64,000 bases of DNA from the human T2T-CHM13v2.0 reference genome, Homo sapiens, in the NCBI RefSeq assembly GCF_009914755.1, contig NC_060937.1; one strand, written 5' to 3'. The notes under the pieces were generated by a model, which searched no databases, was not told where the DNA came from, and was given only the letters and a program-made list of their open reading frames with translations. The position numbers were made by a program, and so were the translations under genes. Shown here piece after piece: positions 1 to 14,100 of the stretch; the stretch's first letter is position 1, and every line of letters begins with the position of its first letter.

Positions 1-290
1 TTTTTATTTTCTAAATTTGTTACTTCAGCTAAAATCAGTGTTTATTTTTTCATTTTTAATTTCCTTTATTATATCATAGAAACAGAGAACAAGTGGTAAA
101 AACAGTGTTGCATTAATTCACAGAAGCAATCAGGAAGAGACAAAGCTCAACAAACGAATTGAACCTTAAGGGGGAGAAAGCTTTGTTACACCCAATGAAG
201 CTAAGCTTTGGGGGAAGTTAATACTTCTTCAACAGCTGTACTAAGAACATTAAAAATACTTTTGCCAGGGAAGGGTATCAACATTTTAAT

Positions 291-536
291 CTACCTTACA
301 CAGATAAAAAGGAAAACACATAGCAAGGAGGAGGTGGAGCAGGTTTTCACAGAGCCCAGACGGTAGAAACAAAACGTCCTTTGTTTGGAGAATATTGCAC
401 CTGCATTAAATTTACTGCTGACATCTCTTCGTAGAAATTTGATTTTTCTCTCATTCCCCCTCCTTTTATTGTTTTCAACACTGAGGAATGTGAGGCATGC
501 CAGTTGTCCTTGTCGCTGCAACGTCTCTGTCTTCAG
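291..536 (-). other. Candidate 3'/terminal exon of an unidentified minus-strand spliced transcript (distal end uncertain)
   Basis: Minus-strand acceptor ccctgttctctttcacAG|CTGAAG (AG at 538-537). AATAAA hexamers lie downstream on the minus strand (tttatt at 465-470, 65-70, 41-46). Joins in open frames to the 3623-3489 exon. Confidence 0.4.
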
Positions 537-1270
537 CTGTGAAAGAGAACAGGGCTTCCTCACCTTGCTTGCCATCAGCCCGTCATCTCCGCAATGCACC
601 TGCACCGTAATACTACACTCTACCTTGCAGAGCTTCATACTTCTGTGACAGACGCCAGAGATCAATTTCCTGCCGATCTGGGCCTCTGAGTCTAGGCCCT
701 GTTCTGACAAGGAAGGCCTCTTTCAAATAATCCTAACCGCTAAGAGCAATGCAAATACAGTCACAGAACCATTAGCAGAGCTGTAATATCATAAAAGAAG
801 GAACCATGGCCATAGGCACAGTGGTTGTGAGAATTTCTTTTTTGGGGGGACAGGGGGAAGAGGTATTCATAATCTCAGTGTCAATATAATGAGTTGACTG
901 ACATTTTACATGTTTTCTAAAAATTCCACATTGTTGCCAAAGGAGAGACTGTGAGTGTAACGGACAGCACATATTATGAATTTTGTTCAGAAGTTATTTT
1001 ACCTATGAAAGTTTTCTATTTTACAGATTCGTTCAGCTTTGATACTCATGTTTAGGCCCTTGAAACTTTTTCAGAGTCATTATAAAGGCAGACTCTATCT
1101 CATCTTTGTATAGTGTGTTCACCTGTATAATTGCACCTGTAATTCAGCCTGGCAGTTACTTATTTATTGAGCTATCACCTCGTCTCCTACATCATGAGTC
1201 CCCTTGGACAGAGTTGGGCTGTATTCCCTATCCTGCATCTCCATCTCTGCAAATCCCTACTATATGTTTG

Positions 1271-1274
<4 letters not shown>

Positions 1275-1310
<36 letters not shown>

Positions 1311-1327
1311 CGCACATACGTGCGCAT
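1275..1327. repeat. (TG)14(CG)5 compound microsatellite / alternating purine-pyrimidine tract
   Basis: Read directly; alternation continues through cacatacgtgcgcat. Confidence 0.95.
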
Positions 1328-1334
1328 TTTGGTT

Positions 1335-1966
<632 letters not shown>

Positions 1967-2169
1967 TTAATTTTTTTTTTTTTTTAATGCACTGGTGGGT
2001 TGTCAATTTCATTAGTCACCTCCTAAGGTAAACTGGGGGTACAATAACACTTCTTGCCAAAATGATGTCACTTTGGCTTTGACTTAGAACTCAGAAATTT
2101 ATCTTGAATAAGGAAAGAGGAGAAGAAAGAAGAGAAAAGGTAGCGAGCAGAGAAAGATGCAGTGCTTTA

Positions 2170-2350
2170 TCTTCTAGTCAGAATACATGGTTCCAAATGT
2201 GGCTGTTAACACCTACATGTTGGGTGACTTTCACAACTTATTTAACACCTATCATGCTCTTTACAGTAAAATGGAGATAGTAATCGAATGTAGCAGATGA
2301 AATGAGAAAATAAATGTAAAATGCTTTCCAGTGCTTGCTCCAGAGGAAGA
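2170..2350 (+). mobile_element. MIR SINE fragment
   Basis: gtgactt...ttatttaac...gtaaaatggagatagtaat...aaatgagaaaataaatgtaaaatgctt, a degenerate MIR core. Confidence 0.6.
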
Positions 2351-3488
2351 AGTCAATAAAAATTAGCAGTTAGGGCTATGAAGGTGAGAAGAAACATTGA
2401 CTTAAGTTTATTGAGATATTATCTTCAGATCATAACTTGAACAAAAGTTTCAGAAAGTCAGAGGCACAATTAGGAAGCCTTAAATTAGAAGTCATGCCTT
2501 AAGTCATCTGCTCTTTCTATTCATCCAGAAACCACCAGGCAAGGCCTGCTCTCTACACTATTTTTTGCTTTAGGAACACCTACAAACCTCTCTCTCACAT
2601 TGCAGATGTGCCAAGGGTTGACTGATTTTTGATAAGAAGGCAGAATTACAATGGTAGCCTTTTAGATGTCTTTTCTCATATTAAGACTATACCCTGCATT
2701 TTTTATTTTACTATTTTAAACTTCAACATGAGAGTACCTGAGGTCATTTTAAGCACCATCCTTGAACTTGACTATAATCATCCAATTTGCAGTAGCCTAA
2801 AACGATCATATCTCTCCACATTCCATGGCCATGTCCAACTTGCACCTAATCTGTGAGATGCAAATTTAACATCAGCTCATAAATGAGACATTCTTTTGTG
2901 GATATTTCAATCCTTTCCCCTATTTCCCCAAGACTCTTGCTTATCAGGAAGTCTGGAAAGGAAAACCAATATTTTGTCCTAAAAATATTGTGTGTTCTTA
3001 TGTAACTTTTAATGGGATGCTTATAAATGAGACCTAAATATGCCCCATTTCTTTAGTTTATGAGGTCACGCTATAATATTTATATTACAATGTTTGGCCC
3101 TGATCACAGATGAGTTTTGGAACTTCAATCATTTTGTCCGGTTTCTTATTTGCTAATTCCCAAACGTTTCTGGCCTGTGAAGACCTGCATATTCCCCAAA
3201 TCCACTCTGATTGTTGCCTGCCCTTTGGTCAGCTGTCCTTTCCACTCTTGGTTCGGGGTCCTCCTGCCGTCTGGAGCCCAGCTTCCCTGCCTTCCCCTCT
3301 ACCAGTTCATCTCAACTTGGTGCAGAGACCCTCTGCTCAGACCCCCAGAGTAGTAGCTAAGACTTGACCATGAACTTATTTAAAGTCTTGAGAATAACAA
3401 AAGGATCTTTACACCGGTCATCAGATATGGCTTTTCTAAGAATCCAAAGGCCACATCTCTCCATAGGAACCCACCGTTCGACACTTAC

Positions 3489-3623
3489 CTCTGCCGAGAT
3501 GTGGTCCTGCCGCATGTTGCTGGGCTGGGCTTCTCCCCAGCACATCTTCCAATGGTAGTGCCTCAAACACATCTCCCTTATTCCATTCTAAGTTGTCCGC
3601 TGTGGACCGTCTATTTCTCAACT
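3489..3623 (-). other. Candidate internal exon (135 nt) of an unidentified minus-strand transcript
   Basis: Acceptor gccccttccttttctAG|AGTTGAG and near-consensus donor GAG|GTAAGT. Non-repetitive, CpG-containing sequence; length divisible by 3 with one fully open frame (ELRNRRSTAD...GPHLGR). Confidence 0.6.
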
Positions 3624-4328
3624 CTAGAAAAGGAAGGGGCATTTCTGACTTCATATCAGTCCAGAGCCTGACTCCCAAGTCATTATTTTCTCTCAGGAAA
3701 AATATCTTCTGAAATGTTCTACACTGAAACTCGCCATTTCTTTCCAGGGAAAGCCATCCTTAGGGACATTATCTTGCCTTTATGCCCCATTAGTACGCAA
3801 TGGTCGGTCATGTGTATATTTTGTGCATAACGTGTGTTCAGCTTCAATAGTTCGACCCAGCGTGGGGAGATCATGTCTCTGTGTCTCCTCAGCCATCTGA
3901 TACTCTATTCCATACCAGGACATAGACAAGAACAGAAGTGCAAAACTTTGATGAATAAGCAATGCATTTCGGAGCCAGTGCATTGTAAATCCATATTTAG
4001 AAAGGGATTTTCTAAAGTTAATTTCCTAAAGTAAAAAATTCAGATTCAGCTTTGTCTACCTGGAAGACAACTTTCCATATGAGGTAAAGCTATTTAACTT
4101 TTGGAGCCACATTGTCATTGATCTATCCATTCCAGAAGAAAGTTGCATGTTACATTTGCATAACCAAAGGGCCAAGGCAAATGTTATTTTTCTTAAAATA
4201 AAGGAGTCGTTTGCTCTCCAAAGTATAAAAAAAAAAGCATCCACCTCTAAGAAGCTTTTCCCATTTCTAGTCATGTGCACATTTTCAACATTTTGGGGGT
4301 TTAATCTCAGCTAAAATATTTGCACAAC

Positions 4329-5173
4329 TGATATGGGAGTGCTGGGAAGGGAAGAGTGTGGTCCCTTTAAATGATAGGGAAAGGGGAAGGAAAGTTCTGG
4401 GCAGAGGAGGGCGTGGTCCCTGGCTAGGGCTCCACCCCCACGGACCTGGGTGAGGACAGGCACTCCTGCCTTCTAGCCCAAATGCTGCATTTTTCAAGAC
4501 AACCCTGGCCCGCCATGCCCCAATCCTGGGCCTATAAAAACGGGAGACCTTAATGGGCCAAAGTGAGAGAAGCACTTACGCGGAAGAAGAGACAAGCGGC
4601 TGGTAGTCAGAGGGCTTCCAGAGGAGCACACTGGCAGGAAAGCACACCGACAGGCACTGGCAGGCCAGCAGGCCATTGACCCAGCAGGCCATCGACCAGC
4701 AGGATGAAGCAGAGTTTGGCCGGGGCAGTTGGAGAAGAGCCAGGGCTTCTGAGCACCGCAAGGCCAGGGGAAAACCATCTCCCTTCTGGCTCCTCCATTG
4801 GCGGAGAGCTGCTTCCACTGGATAAAACTTCGCACTCATTCTCCCATGTGTGATCTGATTCTTCCGGTACACCAAGGCAAGAACCCAGGATACAGAAAGC
4901 CATCTGTCTTTGCGACCAGGTAGAGGGTCTAATTGAGCTGGTTAACACAAGCTGCCTATAGACAGCAAACTAACAGAGCACCCTGTAGCACACTCCCAGT
5001 GGGGCTTCAGGAGCTGTAAACATTCACCCCTAGACAATGCCAGGGGGTCAGAGCCCCACAACTGGCCCGTCTGTATGCTCCCATAGAGGTTTGAGCAGCA
5101 GGGCACTGAACAATCGGAGCCACACCCCTATCTCACACACTGTGAGGAGGACAAGGGAACCTTTCCTGTTTCA
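4329..5173 (+). mobile_element. Solo ERV1-class LTR, LTR1 (HUERS-P2) family
   Basis: TG...CA termini (tgatatggg...cctgtttca); 4-bp TSD caac/taac with one mismatch; TATAAAAA at 4533-4540; resembles the recalled LTR1 consensus (ggtccctggctagggctccacccc; caagcggctgg). Confidence 0.8.
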
Positions 5174-5416
5174 TAACCACACAACAGGATATCGTGTTAA
5201 AATCAATTTTTGATCTCTGAATTGGTATTTTTTGTTCTCTGTATTCCCCAAGGTAGCAAGGCCCTTTGCATTCTTTACCTCTGGATACCTACAATGTGGA
5301 AGTCAGAGACTTTGGTAAAAATCTAAACTCATTGACTATTTAAGGATTCTGGGCATGTGAGAAGAGAGACAGATAAATATTTTTTGTGTTTTGTTTGTTT
5401 GGTTGGTTTTCGGTGA

Positions 5417-5721
<305 letters not shown>

Positions 5722-5786
5722 CAGGTGCATACTTTTGATGGGGAAAAATAGGAAAGAGATAGATTTTTCTCTAAAAATACTGGTGG

Positions 5787-6354
<568 letters not shown>

Positions 6355-6627
6355 TTACAGATTTATGAAGATTTAAAGGGATTTCTACATGTGAGAATGT
6401 GAACTAAGATTCATATTTCCCTTATGAGAAGGGTACTTGCAGAATCCCCATTTCACAGTTGAAGAAGTTGAGACCCAGAGGGACATTCACTTATCTGTGT
6501 TCTAATTTCTCACAGACAGAAGGCAACAGAGCTGAGCATTGCATCCAAACCTGCTTAACCTCAAATTTGTGTCTTTTTAACCAAAACTCTCTGACTTTCG
6601 GTTTGATCAAAAACTGGGGAAGATAAT

Positions 6628-7075
6628 GTCTAGTGGAGAAACCTAGCAGACACCAGCTCTACCAAATGATTAAAGAAACACTATGACACAGCAACATCAT
6701 GAACCCCTTGACACGATGCACTAAGAAAGACAAAACATAATTTACTTTTATGCTCTTAACAAAAATGTATAACCTGTGTTCAAACACAAGTACATATCAG
6801 AAAAACCCAAATTAAGGGACATTCTGCAAAATAAATGACCACTCTTCTTCCAAAGTGTGGAAGACTATCATGAAAGTCAATGAAAGACTAAGGAACTATT
6901 ACAGACAGGAGACTAAGAGAAACAGCAACTACCTGCAATGGAAGATTCTGGATTGATCATAGAATAGAAAAAAAAGGACGTCAATAAAAATTGGTGAAGT
7001 TCAAATAAGATCTGTAGTTTAGTTGATAATAATGTAGTAAAGTTAATATCCTCTTCTGGACAATTACACTATGAG
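6628..7075 (+). mobile_element. Old L1M (L1MC/L1ME-type) 3' fragment
   Basis: gtggagaaacctagcagacac...aaaacccaaattaagggacattctgcaaaataa...gaaagactaaggaact, motifs typical of L1MC/ME 3' ends. Confidence 0.6.
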
Positions 7076-7546
7076 AAATTATACCGTGAGAGAGAAAAAA
7101 GGTAATATTTTAGGCAAAAGAAAAAAAAGACCAGGAACCCTCATTTTTCTTACACTTTTTCACAACGCTTATCTTGGCCACCTGTGAAAGACCACTGCAT
7201 ACCCAGATAGCCACCATCATAATTCTGGTAAATATTGGCCCCAGGCATTAACCTCAGTTTGAATATAACTTAGACCCTACAAGATCTCTAGCACTTTTTT
7301 TTTTTTTTTGAGAAAGTTATCAGGGAACAGTTCCCTTCTTTATTTACAGGATGTTTATACGAACTCAGATATACTCATGCAGTCATAAACCCAAAAACAA
7401 AACGAAAGAGGCTAAGTTATACTGATCCACGTTGAACTCATGTTACATTTTTGCTGCAACATTAGCGAGTGGCCATGAAGCATATTATTGATAAAGATCA
7501 GTCTAGGTGGATTCCATCTGTGTCCACAGTAAAGATGAAGAACGTG

Positions 7547-7920
7547 CATTCATTCATTCATTCATTCATTCATTATTCGTTATTCGTTCAGGAAATGTTT
7601 ATTAAGCCCTACTATCCATCAGGCAATACTCTAGATTATGGGGATATCATGTGGAATAAGACAGAATCATTGCCAAAAAATTGTTTGTGCAACTATAAAT
7701 ATTGTGTCAAAAATAAAACAGAGTAGTAGAACGTGACCTGCCGGGAAGATGGGGTGGAGTGAGGAATGCTACTTGACTCAGATGATCAGTGACTAGTTGT
7801 CTGAGGAACTGTCCTTTGAGCTGTGACCTGACAGAGAATAAATGGTGTCCACGCACAGTTCCAGAAAGAGTGGGGAGGAATGCTCCAGAGAGGGGCAAAC
7901 TGGAGAGGTCATGAAACAAA
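7547..7920 (-). mobile_element. L2 LINE 3' fragment
   Basis: (CATT)n tail followed by tttattaagccctactat...ggggatat...aataagacaga, the antisense L2 3' end. Confidence 0.65.
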
Positions 7921-7924
7921 ATCT

Positions 7925-8095
7925 GGAGTTAGACTCTGGGTTTGAGTCATGGTTCTTCGAGTTGTTAGTTGTTTGATCTAAGTTCCTTAACCTTTTTGTC
8001 TCTCAGTTTTCTCATCTGTGAAATGGGACCAATAGGAGGACTAAATGCATAGAATACTTAGAATAAAGTGCTTTTTGTGTTTGATAAATAAATAT
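7925..8095 (+). mobile_element. MIR SINE
   Basis: tggagttagactctgggtttgag...ttccttaacct...tctcagttttctcatctgtgaaatggg (MIR core). Confidence 0.75.
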
Positions 8096-8282
8096 TTGCA
8101 CTTGGAAGCAATTGGTAAAGGAAAGTTTGAGGTGTGTAATAATTGCACTGAATTTCAAGGTTTGGAGCTGGAACTCTATGTGGAGCAACGAGTAGATGGA
8201 AAAGCTGCTTAGAAACAGCTCAGGCTCCTTGGGTAACTTCAAGTAATCTGGAAGGGATGGGAGCACAGAAGTGTTCACGGGG

Positions 8283-8800
8283 ATATTCTGGTTTTCTATG
8301 GCTATATGACAAACTAGCCCAAAACTCACTGCTTTAAATAACAATTCATTATTATATCTCACAATTCTAGGAGGTGATGGGCTCAGCTAATGACTCTCAT
8401 GTGATTGTGGTAAGATGGCAGTGGGGGGCTGGATTCCTCTGAAGACTTCTCACCTCACAGCCTGACTGCCAGGATGGAATGGCTGGAGCAGTCAGAGGAT
8501 AGGTAGGCACCTCTCTCTGCCAGGCCTCTCCATGTGGCCTGCTTGGAGTCTCTCACAAATGGTGGTCTCAGGGTAGTCATGCTTATTACCTGGCAATTTC
8601 TCCTAGAGCAAAAGTTCCAAGAGACAGGGAGCAGAAACTGCTAGTCTCATAGGCCTGGACTTGGAATCTGGCACAGTGAGGCCCCCACCACATTCTCTTG
8701 GTTGAGGGAAGCACAAACCAGTCGAGTCAGTGGAGGAGACATAGACTGTAGCTTTGGATTGGAGAAGGGTCAAAGAATGCATGGACAATTTTAATCAGTT
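8283..8800 (-). mobile_element. Old MaLR LTR (MLT1I/J/K-like)
   Basis: ctatggctatatgacaaac...aaaact...aacaattcattatt...tctcacaattct...gggctcagct; ctctccatgtggcctgcttgg. Confidence 0.6.
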
Positions 8801-9714
8801 TCAAGGGATGATGAGAGGCAGGGTTCTGAGGGCACGAGGGGGATGTCTGTATTCTGGAGGGCCTTATATGACATTCAGTCATATTTGAGCTTTATTTGGT
8901 AGGTAATGTTGGAATCATTTTGAATTTTAACCATGGATATACCAAATCTCTAGATGCTGTAAGTGAAGACAAGATAAAATGGATTCTTTTATTCTAAATA
9001 TGTAGTGAACACATGCATAAGGGAGAGTAGAGTCATGTATTATCCTTCAAATCTGAAAGGTTATGCTTTCCTTTCTGTACTGCTTCCTTGCAGAGAAATT
9101 ATCTAATGGTCACAAGTTGGTCCTAAGGGGTAGAGAGATGCAATTATGACCAGGCTGCATTATAGAGAAGAGGTGGGTTTGGAGATGATTCTCTGCCTAC
9201 TACTCAGAATTTCTCATCAGTTTTATTGCTTTGATGTACTAGAGAATATTTTGGGCTGGGAGAATTAACTAATATTGGCTGGGTAGATGTTGCCTTTTTT
9301 ATACAGCTCAATTTAGAGGAGTTAAGCTGATTTTGTAGCAGTTCCATAGCAGCTAGTTCTGTGAACAATGTAGACATAGTTCATTTTCTGCAAACATTTA
9401 TGTAATCATTAATTAAAATTTTCTTCCCCCAAGTGTCTATTTTTTAAATTAAGGCCCAATAATTTAGAAAGTTGCTCAAGAAAAGAACATTTATATAGTT
9501 CTAAAACCTAAAGCAATCTGACTTTGGTCAACAAAATCCTACCTTGAATGGCCAGGATTAAGATTTCTTATTTTGTATATAGGTTTCCAGCAATAATGGA
9601 ATAAGTACCTGATATGGATAATATGTTACCTTCTTCACCATGAAAAATTAATCATGTACTTCAAAATAGTTTCTTCTTCTCTAATTATTTTCCCAAGCCA
9701 CAGGGCTTTATTTA

Positions 9715-9945
9715 ACAAACACATACTTCCCACTTATGCGCCAGGCATGTTTCTAAGTACTGTATGAATAATAACTCATTTTCTCATCATGACTACTCTA
9801 GGAGGTGATTGCTGTTATTAGCATCCTTTGTTTTATCCATGAGGCACAAAGCAATTAGAAACACAGCTAATAAGTGACAGAGCTAGGATTCAAACCCATG
9901 CACCTGGGATCCAGACTTCATATCTTCAAACCCTGTGTGCTGCTG
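9715..9945 (-). mobile_element. MIR SINE
   Basis: atgcgccaggcatgtttctaag...ttagcatcc...gaggcaca...cacagctaataagtgacagagctaggattcaaaccc. Confidence 0.7.
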
Positions 9946-11062
9946 CCTCTATTTTAGCCTCTACATAACTCTATTTTAGCCCTCGACATTATTATACCAT
10001 TACTGCAAGCTCCTTGATGGCATACATTCTGACTGATTCTTCAGTGCATCCACAGTATCTAGCTTTGTACTTAGCAAATAGAAAGTATCAAATAAACGGG
10101 TTTGCCTAAACCGGGTTAACAATAGGACATATAAATGATTCTAAGGCCTTCTGACCTGTCTTTCAATAGGATGGTATTACCCAACAATTATGACGTCTAC
10201 ACATACTTTTCATTTTCAATCACATTGGGACAAATTTTTATCTTTATCTCATTTCTGCTTTCTCCTGTATGTATAAGTGCTGATATTTTACTGCTCTCTA
10301 CAAAGAGTAAAGTCTATTACGGTCTTACAACTTAAATTTGATTCCAAGACAAAGGTTAATTGGTAAAGATTATTTCCCAAGCGTTAATATTGTACATGAA
10401 TCAGAAGGTCAGATGGCATTTCTGGATCTGACAGCTCTTATCATAATGAAGGTTTGAAAGAAATGTCATCTTGCGTACTAATTAATGGTTTTAGCCCTAG
10501 TGAGAGATCTTTTATTTAACGCCAGTAAGTTAATCACAGTTGATGTCTGTGAACTGTCAACTCTCAAGCTATGCATCTATTTGAGGTCATTGCTGACAAA
10601 ACCCCTATTTTACAGGCAACATCACTGAATATACATCACTTGCCAATGTATCATAGACATTTGAAAACTTATAGAATTCAGCAAATATTGTTCATTTTAT
10701 TTACTCATTTTTTAATAGTAATTACAAACTATGAATGGAAAAAGCTATAATTTAATCATTGGACTACATACATTCAATTTTTAAAAAAGACTCTGCTAAA
10801 TAGAAAAGTGTTTGAAGTATTTATTTTTCCCTAAGTAAAAAAGTAATTTTGTGAGACAGTCACAATTATAATCCTGATTTCTAAAATTTATTAATTTGAG
10901 ATCTTCATTAGAAGAATTGAGACATTTTTTCTTCTGAAAACAAGACACATACACAAATATATATATATATATATGAAAAACTTCCAATATTTAAGAAGTA
11001 TTTCCTCTGAACATTCTTAGTTACAAATGCTATTTTAAATTTTTTCTGAAGTGAGTTTATTT

Positions 11063-11102
11063 AGACGAGATTGAGCGCATTCAGGGTGGTATGGCTGTAG
11101 AC
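11063..11102 (-). pseudogene. 3'-truncated 5S rRNA retropseudogene (nt 1-40)
   Basis: Reverse complement gtctacagccataccaccctgaatgcgctcaatctcgtct matches the 5S rRNA 5' end GTCTACGGCCATACCACCCTGAACGCGCCCGATCTCGTCT at 36/40. Flanking direct repeats tgaagtgagtttattt (11047-11062) and tgaaataagtttattt (11103-11118). Confidence 0.9.
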
Positions 11103-14100
11103 TGAAATAAGTTTATTTAGAAATCTAGATCATTTTATACTCCAGGCTTCATGTATATGATATTTCTTATATTTCTTATGAAAAATAAAATCTTTTTTTA
11201 CAAAAATCAAACTCAAAGTCTCTGAAAATTAAACATATGAAAAGATAGAAAGATAATTTCAATATTGTTTTTGGGATGAGTTTAAGATGCATAAAATGAG
11301 CCAAGGATATTATAATTGGGATATCACACAGTCTGGAGATCTAATAAAACTGCAGACCCCCAGCCTCCATTTCCTTTTAGGACAATGTTATCTGATCTCC
11401 TACGACTAGCTATTAGTCTGGCTTGTCAGCTCTCTCCATTGGACTGAGAAAAAACCATCCTTTACCTCACTTCTCATTTTTAAATATGTGGGGTTGGGGG
11501 TGGATTAGGAAAAGCACAGAATATGCCAAATGAAATGGTGTGTTTTAGCAAAAGAGTTTTATAATTTTATCTTTCCTCTTCAACTAGGGAATAACCCTAA
11601 TTATAACGGAGGTTCTGACAGTAATCAAGACAGATCAGATAGTATCTAGGGAAACTAGGTAGTTAGATACTAAAGTCAGCAGATTTACTTAAAAGACCAG
11701 AGACTTTGGAATATACCAAGAAGTTAACAGCTATATGCTTATGAACTAAAGTCCTCTAATGTTGAGATGACCTCTTACGTGGTAATTGATAAATGAAAAT
11801 GCATACTTTAAGGAAAAATCAATTATACAATAACTTGTTTTCCTGCTATTAATTCTAAGAGTTCCAGTTTCCAGGTTTGAGGCAAACCTGTGTCATGCTA
11901 AAGACATAGTTTAGCTCTTAATCATCTTATGTTTGCTTTCATTGACTTTCCCAAAGGCACCAGGCTGAGCATAGGCATCATTTATGGGATAACAGACAAA
12001 GAGATTTTGGCGACCATGAAATCGATCTCTTTTCTTTGTTTTTCAGGTAAGAAAAATAAGTGAGCTATTGAGGTCACACGGTTATTTAAGACCTGGTTCA
12101 TACCAAAGCCAGAGGTGAAGTCCCAAACGCCCAGTGTGATCTTTTGATTAACATGCATACAGTAAAGTAATTGCTACAAAAGTATCATAAAGGCAAGCAG
12201 GGCATTATTTATATAGGAGGAATTGACATCTACTCTATTTCAACAATATTAATTGCTATTAACTCAATATTTTTTCAGTTTTAGGTGTAAGAATTCAGTC
12301 ACTGTTTCTGTTATTAAATCATGGACTGTAACCTCTTACTTGATTACTTGCATAAATTGAAGACTTGGGAGGTGGAATCACTTGCTCAAGGGTATGCAGT
12401 TAGTTGCCAAGCAAACACCAGGTAACTGAGTCCTAGTCTGTGACTTTTTCCCACACCATCATGCTTTGTTCAGAGCCTTCCTCTTAGACCTGAGAAGTGA
12501 TGAAATTTGGAGTCATGCAGGAGAGGAAGGTTGGAGGTGGGTGCTGTCAGGCAGGGAAACTAAACATCTTTCCTTACTCTACTAGCTCCCAGGACCTCAG
12601 AAGTTTGAGAGAGGACACAGTTATGGAAGCCCTTCCAGAGCTAAGGGCTTACAACTACTTACAAGGCATTATTTAGGACACTGCCTGGTGCTAGGATGTT
12701 TTGCCAAAAGGCCATGTTGTCACACTGCATGAAGCCCAAAGACTGTGTCCCTTGTGCTTGCTGAATTTTAGGATATGAGACAGCCTGCATAAGGGAAATA
12801 AAACAAGATGAGTTTTCATCAAAGATAAAAATGTAAGGATTTGTTTATTCAAATATCTTCTGAGCAGGAATCTATAAACTCATTTCTCTTGTTTTAAAGC
12901 AAAAACTACACTGGAATGTCTTTTAACACAGTGCCAGAATTTGACATGAAATGGAAGAATGAATACAATAACTGCAGTAGAGTATGAGACAAGTCACACA
13001 AGCATGCCACCATGACTCCTCAACAATGCTGCTTTTGCAGAGGAGGGAGGGTTAAGGATGTGGTTGCTGTACACATTGGTGAACACAAATGAATTGACTC
13101 ACAAGAAGTCCATGTTTCTGGATCAAAAGATTTCAGCCCTCCAAGAGCTGAAATAATAATAATACATCACAGGCCACATCCATCTATTATAGTTTTAAGG
13201 ATAGTTTGTGGACATGAAGTATTATGAACCATAAGGGTTTGCAGTATTCTGTCTCAAGTTAATGCTATAGTACATCTTAACACCATTGACATTGGCATGC
13301 ACTGTTCCTGCCTGAGGCATTAGGTGTCTAATTTGATCAAATTCAGACCCTATAATTTGAACTCAAGCCAAACCACAATCAAATCATAAAATTTCCAAAG
13401 CTGCCACCATCTTGGAAATGTCAAATGTTGGGTGAGGGGAGCAGGAAATGACTATACAGGAAATAAACAGAGCCTATGGTAATGAATTTTACATCTGGTC
13501 CTTATACGATGCCATCATTCCATTAGCTGTAATTTAAATATCTTGATTAACATTTCATTACCATAGGTGACTGCTGTAGAATAAATTGGATCTCCATGCA
13601 CCATGCATATCAAAATATTCTAAACTCCTTTGAGTTTTAAGGTGCTAAATATAGTACTCTCTGGCCACTTAGAAAGTCTCTGAAGTCTGTTCGGTATTAA
13701 GCATAAAAAATAAACCTGAGAAAAAGGGATGTTTTTGTGTGCTCAGATATTACGGCCCGCTAAAAGCATGGACTGTTTTGGCAGTCACTGTCAGACCTCC
13801 CGGTGTCTGAGGAATTGTATGCTCCTTTCTAAATCCTTTCGGAAATTGCCAGTTTGATAGAATAACATTGCAGGAAACCACTCAAATTGAACATATTTGT
13901 TGTTTTATGTTCTGCCAGGCAAATGTCAGAACAATGCCAGGAGACCACAGTGGGTCAGAATTGGAGGGAGCAGGAGGGGAGGTGAAGGAAGGGAACCAGG
14001 AGCAAAAGAGACAATGAGAATAGAATCAGAAGTTATTTTAATGGGGAATTTTAAAAGCATAAAACAAACTGTTGCTTTCGAGAATCAAAAGCAAAATAGA

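Noticed and set aside
558-650. Minus-strand donor AAG|GTGAGG after ATGGCAAGCAAG (MASK) as a coding first exon
   Set aside because: It lies only ~27 nt from the stronger acceptor at 537, too short for an intron. No promoter evidence and no recognisable protein.
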